From: an uncultured SAR116 cluster alpha proteobacterium
GTDB lineage: Bacteria > Pseudomonadota > Alphaproteobacteria > Puniceispirillales > GCA-002684695
Assembly (NCBI GenBank): GCA_902532475.1
Contig: CACAIE010000002.1
Span: 11,670-75,669 of the forward strand
Direction of reading: 5' to 3'
Length of the DNA stretch: 64,000 bases
Shown here: positions 18,998-29,094 of the stretch, piece by piece
How positions within the stretch are numbered: position 1 is the stretch's first letter
Layout of the letters: the number at the start of each line of letters is the position of its first letter
The notes under the pieces: model-generated
Seen by the model: the letters and a program-made list of their open reading frames with translations, nothing else
What the model was told of the DNA's origin: nothing
Database searches by the model: none
Position numbers and translations under genes: made by a program

Positions 18998-20305
18998 ATG
19001 ATAAAATATTTAAAAAAAGGAAAATCAGATACACAGAAAAATCAAGAAGAAACAGAAGTTCGAAATAAAGTTGAGGACATCTTAAAAGAGTTGAAAAAAG
19101 GGGGCGACAAGGCTGTTTTAAAGCTTTCTGAAAAATTTGATAATTATAGCCCTAAATCTTTTCGCTTAAGCCAAGAGGAAATTGAAAAGGCTATAAAGAA
19201 AGTTTCAAAGCAGGATTTAGATGATATAAAATTTGCACAAAAACAAATTCGAAATTTTGCTGAAAAACAAAGAGCATCATTAAAAGATATTGAAGTGGAA
19301 ACTCTTCCTGGCGTTATATTAGGTCACAAGAATATACCTGTTAACTCAGTTGGATGTTATGTTCCTGGAGGAAAATTTCCAATGATTGCTTCAGCGCATA
19401 TGTCAGTATTGACAGCGAGTGTAGCTGGTGTTCCAAGGATTATTGCCTCAGCTCCACCACATAATGGCGCTCCACACCCTGCAATTGTTACAGCTATGCA
19501 TTTAGCTGGTGCGCATGAAATTTATTGCATTGGAGGAATTCAAGCGGTTGGAGCAATGGCTTTAGGAACTGAGACAATTAAGCCAGTAGACATGTTAGTT
19601 GGTCCTGGCAATGCATTTGTAGCAGAAGCAAAGCGTCAACTATTTGGAATTGTAGGCATTGATTTATTTGCTGGCCCAACTGAAACTATGATTATTGCCG
19701 ACGAAACAGTTGATGCAGAAATTTGTGCCACAGATTTACTTGGCCAAGCAGAACATGGTTATAATTCTCCAGCAGTTTTAATTACAAACTCCAATAAACT
19801 TGCAAAAGAAACATTAACAGAAATTGAAAGAATTTTAAAAATTCTTCCCACTTCTGAAACTGCTTCTGCTAGCTGGAAAGACTATGGTGAAGTAATTGTT
19901 TGTGACAATTACGAAGAAATGCTTGAAACTTCTGAAGCAAAAGCTTTTGAGCACGTTCAAGTGATGACAGACCGCGATGATTGGTTTCTTGAACAGATGA
20001 CATGCTACGGAGCATTATTTTTAGGACCAAGAACAAATGTTGCAAACGGCGATAAAGTTATTGGTACAAATCATACACTTCCCACAAAAAAAGCTGGTCG
20101 ATACACAGGTGGTCTCTGGGTAGGAAAATTTCTAAAAACTCATAGCTACCAGAAGATACTTACCGACAAAGCAGCAACTATACTTGCTGAAAAATGTTCG
20201 AGATTATGCATTTTAGAAGGGTTTGTAGGCCATGCAGAACAAGCAAACATTCGAGCAAGGCGCTACGGAAGAAAAAATATTGAATATGGAAAGGCAGCAA
20301 AGTAG
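18998..20305 (+). CDS. Histidinol dehydrogenase-family NAD-dependent alcohol-to-acid dehydrogenase
   Basis: Start placed at ATG 18998; the ORF-track start at 18923 overlaps the previous gene. HisD motifs [26 protein letters not shown]. There are no other his biosynthesis genes nearby. Confidence 0.8.
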   Translation: MIKYLKKGKSDTQKNQEETEVRNKVEDILKELKKGGDKAVLKLSEKFDNYSPKSFRLSQEEIEKAIKKVSKQDLDDIKFAQKQIRNFAEKQRASLKDIEVETLPGVILGHKNIPVNSVGCYVPGGKFPMIASAHMSVLTASVAGVPRIIASAPPHNGAPHPAIVTAMHLAGAHEIYCIGGIQAVGAMALGTETIKPVDMLVGPGNAFVAEAKRQLFGIVGIDLFAGPTETMIIADETVDAEICATDLLGQAEHGYNSPAVLITNSNKLAKETLTEIERILKILPTSETASASWKDYGEVIVCDNYEEMLETSEAKAFEHVQVMTDRDDWFLEQMTCYGALFLGPRTNVANGDKVIGTNHTLPTKKAGRYTGGLWVGKFLKTHSYQKILTDKAATILAEKCSRLCILEGFVGHAEQANIRARRYGRKNIEYGKAAK

Positions 20306-21333
20306 TGCACAGAAACAACTATCTTAAAGAGCTTATCAAACCTCTGAGAATGAGCATGTATGATTTCAGTGAGGATGAAGTCAAAAAACAACTAGACACT
20401 TTGTTTCATGAGGAAGCTATTATTCATCTTTCTCATCCTTTTGGTGATCTCAAGGGACCTGTTAATTTTTATAATAAATCACTGAAACCATTGTTTATTT
20501 CTATGCCTGACCTTGAAAGACGTGATTATATTGTGATTGCTGGAAAAACAGAAATGGACTTGGAATGGGTTGGCTGCGGTGGTTTTTTCAATGGAACCTT
20601 CATGAAGCCCTTTTTGGACATTCCTCCGACAGGTCATTTAGCTCATATGAGATTTCATGAATTTTATCGTTTTAAAGGCGATAAAATAATTGAAGTCCAA
20701 GCTTTATGGGATATTCCAGAACTTATGATGCAATCAAATTCCTGGCCTATGGCTCCAACACTTGGAAGAGAATGGTGCATCCCTGGCCCAGCAACCCTGG
20801 ACGGAATTTCAGATCAACCTTACGACGATCATAAAAGTAACTCTTCGGTTAAAGATGTTATGGATATGCTCACATCCATGAAAAAACATCCTTCAGAAGG
20901 AGGTCCAGAAGTAATGAGAATGGACTATTATTGGCATCCTAAAATGAATTGGTACGGGCCTTCCGGAATAGGAAGTAGCAGAGGTATAGAAGGGTTTAGA
21001 AACTGGCATCAAATCCCATTCCTTAATTCTATGCCTGATAGAGGAAAGTATGTAAAAGACATTACATATCATTTTTTTGGGGACTGTGATTATGTAGGCG
21101 TAACTGGTTGGCCAAATATGATCCAAACTATTTCTCATGATGGCTGGATGGGAATAGCTCCAGTTAATAAAAAAATTGAAATGCGATCTTTAGACTTTTG
21201 GAGACTAGAAAATGGTAAAATAAGAGAAAATTGGGTTATGGTAGACATCCTTGATGTTTACCATAAAATTGGTGTAGATGTATTTGCAAGATTAAGAGAA
21301 TTTAATAAAGCCAAAAATATGAAAGGTTACTAG
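20305..21333 (+). CDS. Tandem SnoaL/NTF2-like domain protein
   Basis: GTG start overlaps the previous stop by 1 nt (TAGTG). C-terminal pattern GWMGIAPVNKKIEMRSLDFWRLENGKIRENWVMVDILDV. Paralogous to 8005..8998 and 15125..16093. Confidence 0.75.
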   Translation: MHRNNYLKELIKPLRMSMYDFSEDEVKKQLDTLFHEEAIIHLSHPFGDLKGPVNFYNKSLKPLFISMPDLERRDYIVIAGKTEMDLEWVGCGGFFNGTFMKPFLDIPPTGHLAHMRFHEFYRFKGDKIIEVQALWDIPELMMQSNSWPMAPTLGREWCIPGPATLDGISDQPYDDHKSNSSVKDVMDMLTSMKKHPSEGGPEVMRMDYYWHPKMNWYGPSGIGSSRGIEGFRNWHQIPFLNSMPDRGKYVKDITYHFFGDCDYVGVTGWPNMIQTISHDGWMGIAPVNKKIEMRSLDFWRLENGKIRENWVMVDILDVYHKIGVDVFARLREFNKAKNMKGY

Positions 21334-21335
21334 AT

Positions 21336-22100
21336 TTGAAACTTCCAACCACACCATCATTTAGATTAGACAATAAAAATGCTTTAATTACTGGATCTTC
21401 ATCTGGAATTGGTTTGGGTTGTGCTGTTGCATTAGCCGAAGCTGGAGCATCAGTTGTTTTAGCTGCGAGAAGAAAAGAACCACTCGAAGAATTAAAAAAC
21501 AAACTTATAGAAAAAGGTCATAAAGCTGCAATTTTAGAATTGGATATTACTGACACAAAAAAAGTTGAAACTATCCTAAATGACCAACCTACCTTTGACA
21601 TATTGGTTAATAGTTCCGGAATGGCAAAGCATACCCCAACAATAGAAACAACAGAAGAAGACTTTAACTCTGTCATAGATGTTAACCTCAAAGGCGCATA
21701 TTTTATTACTAAAGAAGTTGCTAAAAAACTAATAAAAGAAAAAAAACCTGGCTCATTAATCAATATTTCTTCTCAAATGGCTTACGTTGGTGGAATTGAT
21801 AGAGCTGTTTACAGTGCTTCCAAACACGCTGTTGAGGGATTTACTAAATCAATGGCTATTGAGTTTGGTCCATATAAAATAAGAGTTAATACAATTTGTC
21901 CTACCTTTATCAAAACTGCTCTCACTCTTGCTACATTTGATGATCCTGAAAAAATTAATTGGGTGAAAAGTAAAATAAAATTGGGCAGAACAGGTGAAGT
22001 TGAAGACATAATGGGTGCAGCGGTTTATTTAGCATCAGACGCATCATCATTAGTAACAGGCACTTCAATTTTAATTGATGGTGGTTGGACTTCTGGATAG
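21336..22100 (+). CDS. SDR-family oxidoreductase
   Basis: TGSSSGIGLG cofactor motif, YSASKHAV catalytic YxxxK, and NTICPT. Confidence 0.9.
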   Translation: MKLPTTPSFRLDNKNALITGSSSGIGLGCAVALAEAGASVVLAARRKEPLEELKNKLIEKGHKAAILELDITDTKKVETILNDQPTFDILVNSSGMAKHTPTIETTEEDFNSVIDVNLKGAYFITKEVAKKLIKEKKPGSLINISSQMAYVGGIDRAVYSASKHAVEGFTKSMAIEFGPYKIRVNTICPTFIKTALTLATFDDPEKINWVKSKIKLGRTGEVEDIMGAAVYLASDASSLVTGTSILIDGGWTSG

Positions 22101-22211
22101 TCTAAATAGAATTTTTAAATTAGATTTTCTTTATATAATTTATTTATTTTCTCAAGATGTTAATTTATCATTAATTCAAAATAACTTCATTGGATATATT
22201 TCTGTAATTGT

Positions 22212-23486
22212 ATGAAAAAACTAAAAACTCAAGACGAATGGATTGCTAGAGCAAAAGAGGTTTTGCCTGCTGCCGGTTTTGGTAACTTTGAAAATGATAT
22301 CATTATAAAAGAAGGAAATGGGAGCAAAGTCTGGGACGAGGATGGTAATGAGTATATAGATTACCTGATAGGATCAGGGCCCATGTTATTGGGGCATGGA
22401 CACCCCGAAGTAATGGAGGCGATCCTTAAGCAACTACCTCAAGGGATGACTTTTTTTGCAAATAATTCGAAGGGGATAGAATTAGCAGAAGAAATTTGTA
22501 ATGCAGTAAAATGTTCTGAACAAGTTAGGTTTGTCAGTTCAGGTGGAGAAGCTGATATGTATGCAATGAGACTTGCTCGAGCATTTACAGGAAAAGATAA
22601 AATACTAAAATTTGAGGGGGGCTACCATGGAATGAGCGCTGAAGCTCAAATGAGTTTATCACCTTCAGTTTCGGTTAATTTTCCCCAAGCTGTCCCGGAT
22701 AGTGCGGGCATCCCTGAAAATATTCAAAAAGACGTTCTCATTGCACCTTTCAACGATCTTGAATTCATAGCGTCTATAGTTTCAGAATACCATGACCAAA
22801 TTGCTGGCATCATCGTTGAACCTCTTCAACGAATAATACCTCCATTACCTGGTTTTCTTGAAGGCTTGAGAAAAATATGTGACAGCAACAATATTCTGCT
22901 TATTTTTGATGAAATTGTTACAGGGTTTCGATTGGCTTACGGAGGCGCCCAAGAAAAATACAATGTCACACCTGATATTTGTACACTAGGAAAAATAATT
23001 GGCGGTGGCTTTCCATTAGCTGCAATTGCAGGCTCTAAAGAAATTATGTCCCATTTTGATCAATCGAGTGTTGGCAAAGATAAATGGTTAATGCAAGTTG
23101 GAACCCTTTCAGGAAACCCCATTGCTGCAGCGGCTGGTTTAAAGACTATGGAAGTTTTGAAAAGGGATGGGATGTTTGCAAAACTTCATCAACGTGGACA
23201 AGAGATTATGGATTGCATGAGCGAATGTTTTAAAAGGGCTAATATCCATCATAGAATTGTTGGAGATCCGTCATTATTTGATGTTCTTTTTATAAACGAA
23301 GACGTGAACAACTATAGAAATTCTATTAAGGCTGACGCCAAGCTCAACGCTCGTTTTAACCAAGGCCTCAGAAAACGCAAAATTTTTAAAGCTTCAGCTA
23401 AACTCTACCCAAGTCTAGCTCTAACTGATGAAGACATCTATCACACAAAAGAGGCAATTAAAGATACTGTTTTAAATTTAGTGTAA
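22212..23486 (+). CDS. Class-III (GSA-aminomutase-like) PLP aminotransferase
   Basis: GSGPMLLGHGHPEV, DEIVTGFR, and LGKIIGGGFPL (PLP lysine). Confidence 0.88.
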   Translation: MKKLKTQDEWIARAKEVLPAAGFGNFENDIIIKEGNGSKVWDEDGNEYIDYLIGSGPMLLGHGHPEVMEAILKQLPQGMTFFANNSKGIELAEEICNAVKCSEQVRFVSSGGEADMYAMRLARAFTGKDKILKFEGGYHGMSAEAQMSLSPSVSVNFPQAVPDSAGIPENIQKDVLIAPFNDLEFIASIVSEYHDQIAGIIVEPLQRIIPPLPGFLEGLRKICDSNNILLIFDEIVTGFRLAYGGAQEKYNVTPDICTLGKIIGGGFPLAAIAGSKEIMSHFDQSSVGKDKWLMQVGTLSGNPIAAAAGLKTMEVLKRDGMFAKLHQRGQEIMDCMSECFKRANIHHRIVGDPSLFDVLFINEDVNNYRNSIKADAKLNARFNQGLRKRKIFKASAKLYPSLALTDEDIYHTKEAIKDTVLNLV

Positions 23487-23487
23487 G

Positions 23488-24684
23488 TTAATGATCTAAA
23501 CCTGTGCCTCCATAGAGCCATTCAATATTATCATGCCATTCATCCTGGGATTTAGACTTCATAATTTTGTTGCGAAGTAGAGCATGAGCTCCGTCAGGAT
23601 GATAAACATGTTTTCCTATTTCTCTTGATTGCAGTTGAACTCTAGCTGTTCTTATAATCCTATTATTCTGGTAATTTAATAAAGATACTTCAATATTACT
23701 TAATCCAGGCTTCATTGCTTCAGATAAGCAAACTGCGTCCTCAATAGCCATGCATGCTCCTTGAGCTAAATATTGGAGCATGGGGTGCGCAGCATCCCCA
23801 AGTAAAGTTACACGGCCATCCACCCAGTTTGTGATTGGTTCACGATCACACAACACCCATAACTTCCAATCCTTCCCTCTTTCTATAATCTGCCGAGCAA
23901 CTGGGTTAACATGATCAAAGCCCTTCCTAACAACTTCTTTTGAAACTAACTTTCCAGCGACTGGTTTTGGAGCGTTATTGTGGTATGTAACAACTAAATT
24001 AAAAAACTTCCATCCAGAGAGTGGATAGTGAACAATATGACATTTGGGCCCTGCCCAAAGTGTTGCAGCATTCCACCTCAGTTCTTCCGGCATATCTTTG
24101 ATTGGAATAACAGAGCGGTAAGTTGTGTGACCTGAAACTTTTGGGGGACCATCCCCTACCAATTGCTCCCTTATCTTTGACCATAACCCCTCGGCACCTA
24201 TGAGTGCAGTGCCATTTACCTCATCTCCATTTTCCATTAACGCTGAAACATTTTCTCCTTTTTGCTTATAACCGACCACATGCGCGTTAGTTTGAAGTTC
24301 AACATATTTATTATTCTTGCATGCCTCGAGGAATACTGCATGTAAATCCCCTCTATGGACAACAGCATATGGATTTTTAAATCGTCTGCGAAATTTATGT
24401 CCTAAAGAAATTCTAGTAATCTCATCCCCCTTAATGGCATCCATTAATATCAAGTCGTCAATATAAACTGACATCTTCCTCGCTTGATCTCCAATTCCAA
24501 GATAGTCAAATCCATGAAAAGCGTTTGGCCCCAATTGAATTCCAGCACCAATTTCACCTAATTTTGAGGCCTTCTCCAGGACAATAGAATTTATTCCCTG
24601 CTGTGCTAAACCAAGAGCAGAAGCTAGTCCTCCTATACCTCCTCCGACAATGATAAATCTATTTTTTTTGATAGACTTCATCAA
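23488..24684 (-). CDS. FAD-dependent aromatic-ring monooxygenase (salicylate / 3-hydroxybenzoate hydroxylase family)
   Basis: GGGIGGLASALGL dinucleotide fold, LLGDAAHPM, and conserved DG region. Confidence 0.85.
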   Translation of the reverse strand: MMKSIKKNRFIIVGGGIGGLASALGLAQQGINSIVLEKASKLGEIGAGIQLGPNAFHGFDYLGIGDQARKMSVYIDDLILMDAIKGDEITRISLGHKFRRRFKNPYAVVHRGDLHAVFLEACKNNKYVELQTNAHVVGYKQKGENVSALMENGDEVNGTALIGAEGLWSKIREQLVGDGPPKVSGHTTYRSVIPIKDMPEELRWNAATLWAGPKCHIVHYPLSGWKFFNLVVTYHNNAPKPVAGKLVSKEVVRKGFDHVNPVARQIIERGKDWKLWVLCDREPITNWVDGRVTLLGDAAHPMLQYLAQGACMAIEDAVCLSEAMKPGLSNIEVSLLNYQNNRIIRTARVQLQSREIGKHVYHPDGAHALLRNKIMKSKSQDEWHDNIEWLYGGTGLDH

Positions 24685-24692
24685 TTTATTTA

Positions 24693-25340
24693 CTATTCTG
24701 CATCTGGTTGATTTTCTGGATGGGCATCTTTAAAGGCTTCCAACGAACTGCAATGATTAAAAATTTTCATAAGGATTGGCATCTCTGATAGGTCGACGTT
24801 GAACCTTTGTGCAGAAAAAATTTGTGGAACCAGACAAATATCAGCAAGACTGGGATGATCCCCAAAGCAAAAATCTAGATTGTGATTTTGATTTTTGATC
24901 ATTTCCTCACAAGCAGCAAGCCCGCCGCCCAGCCATCTCTTTAACCATTTATCAATTTGTTTACTATCTTGATTAAACTCTTCAGTAATAAACTCTTGAA
25001 CTCTCAGATTTTGCAGTGGGTGAATTTCGCACGCTATGCTTTGCGCAAAAGCTCTAACTTTAGCCTTTAAATTTGTATCTTCTGGCAGTAAATTTGGTAT
25101 GGAGTATTTTTCATCAAGCCACTCAATAATTGCCATGGATTGCGTTAATATAAATCCATCATCCTCAATCGAAGGGATCAATGCTTGTGGGTTTATTTTT
25201 TTATATTTTAAGCTATTCTGCTCACCACCATCATTTTTCAGGTGAATGAGTTTTAAATCATAGTCTATATTTTTAAGATTAAATGCAATTCTACATCTGT
25301 ACGCTGCTGAACTTCTAAAGTATCCATATAATTTTATCAT
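24693..25340 (-). CDS. maiA: Maleylacetoacetate/maleylpyruvate isomerase (GST zeta class)
   Basis: SSAAYRCRIAFNLK active-site motif of zeta-class GSTs. 215 aa. Confidence 0.8.
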   Translation of the reverse strand: MIKLYGYFRSSAAYRCRIAFNLKNIDYDLKLIHLKNDGGEQNSLKYKKINPQALIPSIEDDGFILTQSMAIIEWLDEKYSIPNLLPEDTNLKAKVRAFAQSIACEIHPLQNLRVQEFITEEFNQDSKQIDKWLKRWLGGGLAACEEMIKNQNHNLDFCFGDHPSLADICLVPQIFSAQRFNVDLSEMPILMKIFNHCSSLEAFKDAHPENQPDAE

Positions 25341-25448
25341 TAAACACTCCCTTCCGAAAAATTATCTGGTTTTCCATTAGCGGTCTGTAATGAATGTACA
25401 TAATAATTTAATATTGAAATTATCAGATATTCAAGACAAAAGTACTCA

Positions 25449-26291
25449 CTAACTTAAAGCAATAAATATTAGTCCTACTGTAACAGCTGAAGCTGCAATG
25501 ATCCTTAATTGCCACGGCCTTTCCTTAAAGATAAACAGTCCTATGATAGAGCCAAAAATAACAGAAGTTTCCCTTAAAGAAGACACAATGCCCAATGGTG
25601 TGGTTACTTTTACTGTTATAACAATGGCATAAGCCACACAGGATAAAGTTCCACCTAAGGTTCCCTGGATAACAGTTTTTTTATCCAAAATTAAATTTAA
25701 TTTTTTAGATATTCTCCAAAAAATTATTATTCCACCAATGCCCTCTAAAATAAACAACCAACTGATGTATCCAAGAGCCGTCTTCGATTCCCTTGCTCCG
25801 ATGCCATCTAAAAGAGAGTATGATGCTATGCAGATACCTGTTAACAGTGCAAAGTTTAATGCCTTATATGAAATTGAATAAAAGAAACTATACAAAGAGA
25901 GAATTATAATACCAAAGGATACAAAGATAATCCCTACCATTCCATTACCCAAGGGCAACTCACCAATAAATAAAAATGCTCCCAACGTTACTATTAATGG
26001 AGCAATACCCCTCATTAATGGGTAGACTTCACTTAAATCACCCCATTTGTAACTTTGATAAAGAAAAAATAAATAAGCGAGATGAACAATGGTAGACGCA
26101 ATCAAATACGGCCATGCCGAAAATTCTGGAAATAAAGAGAAAAAACTTAGAACAATTCCAAAAACTAAATGGGCAAGGCTAATTAAAAAAACAACTAATG
26201 ACTTTTTTTCATTAGTTTTTACTAAAGAATTCCATAAGGCATGCAGCAAAGCTGCTGTGAGAACCATAAAATAAGAAGTCAACGTAATCAT
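25449..26291 (-). CDS. DMT-superfamily (EamA-like) permease
   Basis: 280 aa with about ten hydrophobic segments and a duplicated EamA-type architecture. Confidence 0.8.
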   Translation of the reverse strand: MITLTSYFMVLTAALLHALWNSLVKTNEKKSLVVFLISLAHLVFGIVLSFFSLFPEFSAWPYLIASTIVHLAYLFFLYQSYKWGDLSEVYPLMRGIAPLIVTLGAFLFIGELPLGNGMVGIIFVSFGIIILSLYSFFYSISYKALNFALLTGICIASYSLLDGIGARESKTALGYISWLFILEGIGGIIIFWRISKKLNLILDKKTVIQGTLGGTLSCVAYAIVITVKVTTPLGIVSSLRETSVIFGSIIGLFIFKERPWQLRIIAASAVTVGLIFIALS

Positions 26292-26323
26292 AATTTACAG
26301 CACACTTCCATACTATATTTGTA

Positions 26324-27508
26324 TCAGCGAATTGATAAAAGTTCTTGAGCAACCCATTTGTTAAAATGATGAGTGGGATTGTCCATGACTGGCGAAAAAT
26401 TACCTCCATTAAATATGGGGGATTGCCTTCCTTCTTGCATGCCTTCTATAATATCTATGTCTTCAGATTGTACACTATGCCATTGTTTAAAGTTTTGCTT
26501 TCTGATTGACTTATACTTGTCTGATTTCGCGGCTTCCTCACCAACGTAATATATGTCCATATGCTCTTTAGTAAAATCATGACTGATTGGCTCTAGCCAA
26601 TAAACATAATAATGGTCCCTATGAATGCCCAACATAACGTTTGGAAAAAGGGCAACATACTCAGCGATTTTTTCTTTTTCTTTAGGCCAATTAGGGAAAT
26701 TAGGAAACGTTTCTCCTCCCTCAAATTTAGGATCGTAAACTACTGTTCCTTGCCCTGCGAACCTATTTGGCAAACCTTGAATATGATAGTGATCTTCAAG
26801 TTTTGAGTAAGAGTTCAAGCCAGGGTGAACCCAAGGCAAGTGATAACTCTCACAATAATTTTCAATTGCAAACTTCCAATTACATTTTGCCTCCAACAAG
26901 AAATAACCACTATCATCAGCATGTTTAATTAAGGATTGATCTTCTTTTGGCCAAAACTTCGACCATCTATCTTCGAGGGGCTTTATATATTCGTCAAAAG
27001 GGATCTGATTATTAGAAATATTAACAAATATCATATCAAGCCAAATATAAGACCTAACCTCATGTAAATTACTATCAGACTTATTAAAACCTTCAGCTTC
27101 ATTTCTATCCATTCCACCTAAATGTGGTGTAGACACTAATTTTCCATTCAAATCGTAAGCCCATGAATGATAAGGGCAACGTAAAGCATTTTTTATACGG
27201 CATGGTTTCTGAAGAATTTTATATCCTCTGTGACTACAAACATTATGGAAAACCCTTATTGACTGATCCTTATCTCTCAAAATAATTAACGGGATCCCAA
27301 GCAAATTAAATGGAACAGCGTCTCCTGGGTTCTTTATTGAACTTGCAACTCCAATAACAACCCATTTATCCTCAAATAGATATTTCCTCTCAAATTTTGA
27401 ATAATCCCCACCAAGATAACACTCGTTTGGAAGCCCATGCGCAGTTTCAATCGAATTGCAAACAATATCCAATTTTTCTAATGGAATATAACCTTCTATT
27501 TTTTTCAT
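26324..27508 (-). CDS. Rieske [2Fe-2S] non-haem iron oxygenase alpha subunit (N-demethylase/monooxygenase type)
   Basis: Rieske motif CSHRG-x16-CPYH and mononuclear iron motif NYCESYHLPWVH. No reductase or beta subunit gene is adjacent. Confidence 0.85.
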   Translation of the reverse strand: MKKIEGYIPLEKLDIVCNSIETAHGLPNECYLGGDYSKFERKYLFEDKWVVIGVASSIKNPGDAVPFNLLGIPLIILRDKDQSIRVFHNVCSHRGYKILQKPCRIKNALRCPYHSWAYDLNGKLVSTPHLGGMDRNEAEGFNKSDSNLHEVRSYIWLDMIFVNISNNQIPFDEYIKPLEDRWSKFWPKEDQSLIKHADDSGYFLLEAKCNWKFAIENYCESYHLPWVHPGLNSYSKLEDHYHIQGLPNRFAGQGTVVYDPKFEGGETFPNFPNWPKEKEKIAEYVALFPNVMLGIHRDHYYVYWLEPISHDFTKEHMDIYYVGEEAAKSDKYKSIRKQNFKQWHSVQSEDIDIIEGMQEGRQSPIFNGGNFSPVMDNPTHHFNKWVAQELLSIR

Positions 27509-27522
27509 TTGCCCTCCTTAAC

Positions 27523-29094
27523 CTAAAAGTCTGTTTTAACTCCACCTTCAGACTTTCTTCTTTCTACAAAAGATTTAAGTTCATCTTTAATATGTATGTC
27601 AATCTCAGGTGCTTCAAATTCATTTAAAATATTTTTCCATATTTTGTTCGCCCTTTGATGGGTCCATTCAGCCCCATCCTGTTCCCAAGCTTCATAATTT
27701 CTCCAATCGGAAAGAAACGGTGAGTAAAACGCATTTGTGTATCTTTCCTGGGTATGATCACAACCAAAAAAATGCCCATTAGGACCAACTTCACGAATAG
27801 CTTCTACAGCAAGAGAACCCTCTCCTACATCGGAAATGACAGGATCAAAGTATCTCTGAAATTGCTGTAACACCTCACAGTCCATTACAAATTTTTCATA
27901 GCTTGCAATCAAACCACCCTCTAGCCATCCAGCTGAGTGGTAAACAACATTTACACCTCCTGTGCTAGCAGACCATAAACTATTTAAGCTTTCCCACATA
28001 GCCTGGCCATCTGGAGCGTTTGCAGCACAAGCGTTTGAAGCCCTTAAAGGCAAACCATAAAACCGAGCCATTTGCCCTGTGATTTGAGTGGCCCTTATAT
28101 ATTCAGGCGTCCCAAATGCAGGTGCGCCACTCTTCATATCAACATTTGATGTAAACGTTCCAAAAACACAAGGTGTACCAGGATTAATGTATTGTAATAA
28201 AGCTATTGCAGCCAATCCCTCTGCCAATGACTGAACCACAGCACCTGTCATAGTAACAGGCGCCATTGCACCAGCTAAGGTAAATGGCGTGACAAATACT
28301 GGCTGCCCTCTCCTTGCAAATCTCATAGCGCCATCAAGCATAGGGTGGTCATGTTTCAAAGGAGAAGAAGAATTTATATTTGTATAAATTCGTGGTTTAG
28401 AAAAAAATTCTTCCTCCGAAAGCCCCGATGCAATTTTTGCCATTTCAATCGCATCTTCCACACGTTGGCTCCCCAAAGAATAAGCGTGACATACTTTATC
28501 GGTTAACGTCAATTTCTCATACAAGCAATCCAGATGTCGGACCGAAGCGTGAATATCAACGGGTTCAACAGGATACCCTCCCGCTAAATGAATGCAATTA
28601 AAATACTGGGTCAATTTCATCAGGTCTTTAAAGCTCTCAAAGTCTCCGACCCTTCTTCCTCTATCTAAATCCATAACATTCGGTGGCGAGGAAACATTTA
28701 CAAAGGCCATATTCCGACCCCCAACCTTTACAGCTCTATCAGGATTGCGAGGAATGATCTCAAATTCAGTAGGCGCTTTAGCGATCATTTCTGAAACCCA
28801 TTGCCGATCCATTTTCACATTGTCAGAACTTTTATCTACCGTGCAACCTGCATCAATTAATATGTTCTTCGCTTCTTCATTGAGAAACTCTATTCCTATT
28901 TCCTCAAGAACTTGCATTGCAGCATTGTCAACTGCTGCGACACCCTCAGCATTAAGTGGTTCAATAAAGTTATCAGTATTATAAGGTATCTTCCATTCTA
29001 ATTGCTCAATGGTTTTCTTTCCTTTTCTGAGTGATTTACTAGATCTACCTCCGGATCTTCTTGCAGTTCTTTGTGTCAATTTAGCCTCACTCAA
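27523..29094 (-). CDS. MttB-superfamily methyltransferase (non-pyrrolysine)
   Basis: 523-aa uninterrupted ORF with no in-frame TAG. Its N-terminus is similar to the partial gene at 63701. ATGA overlap with the upstream gene. Confidence 0.8.
   Translation of the reverse strand: MSEAKLTQRTARRSGGRSSKSLRKGKKTIEQLEWKIPYNTDNFIEPLNAEGVAAVDNAAMQVLEEIGIEFLNEEAKNILIDAGCTVDKSSDNVKMDRQWVSEMIAKAPTEFEIIPRNPDRAVKVGGRNMAFVNVSSPPNVMDLDRGRRVGDFESFKDLMKLTQYFNCIHLAGGYPVEPVDIHASVRHLDCLYEKLTLTDKVCHAYSLGSQRVEDAIEMAKIASGLSEEEFFSKPRIYTNINSSSPLKHDHPMLDGAMRFARRGQPVFVTPFTLAGAMAPVTMTGAVVQSLAEGLAAIALLQYINPGTPCVFGTFTSNVDMKSGAPAFGTPEYIRATQITGQMARFYGLPLRASNACAANAPDGQAMWESLNSLWSASTGGVNVVYHSAGWLEGGLIASYEKFVMDCEVLQQFQRYFDPVISDVGEGSLAVEAIREVGPNGHFFGCDHTQERYTNAFYSPFLSDWRNYEAWEQDGAEWTHQRANKIWKNILNEFEAPEIDIHIKDELKSFVERRKSEGGVKTDF

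Noticed and set aside
27523-29094. Pyrrolysine (in-frame UAG) in the MttB genes.
   Set aside because: The ORF is uninterrupted over 523 codons and no pyl genes are in the window, so it is a non-Pyl member of the family.
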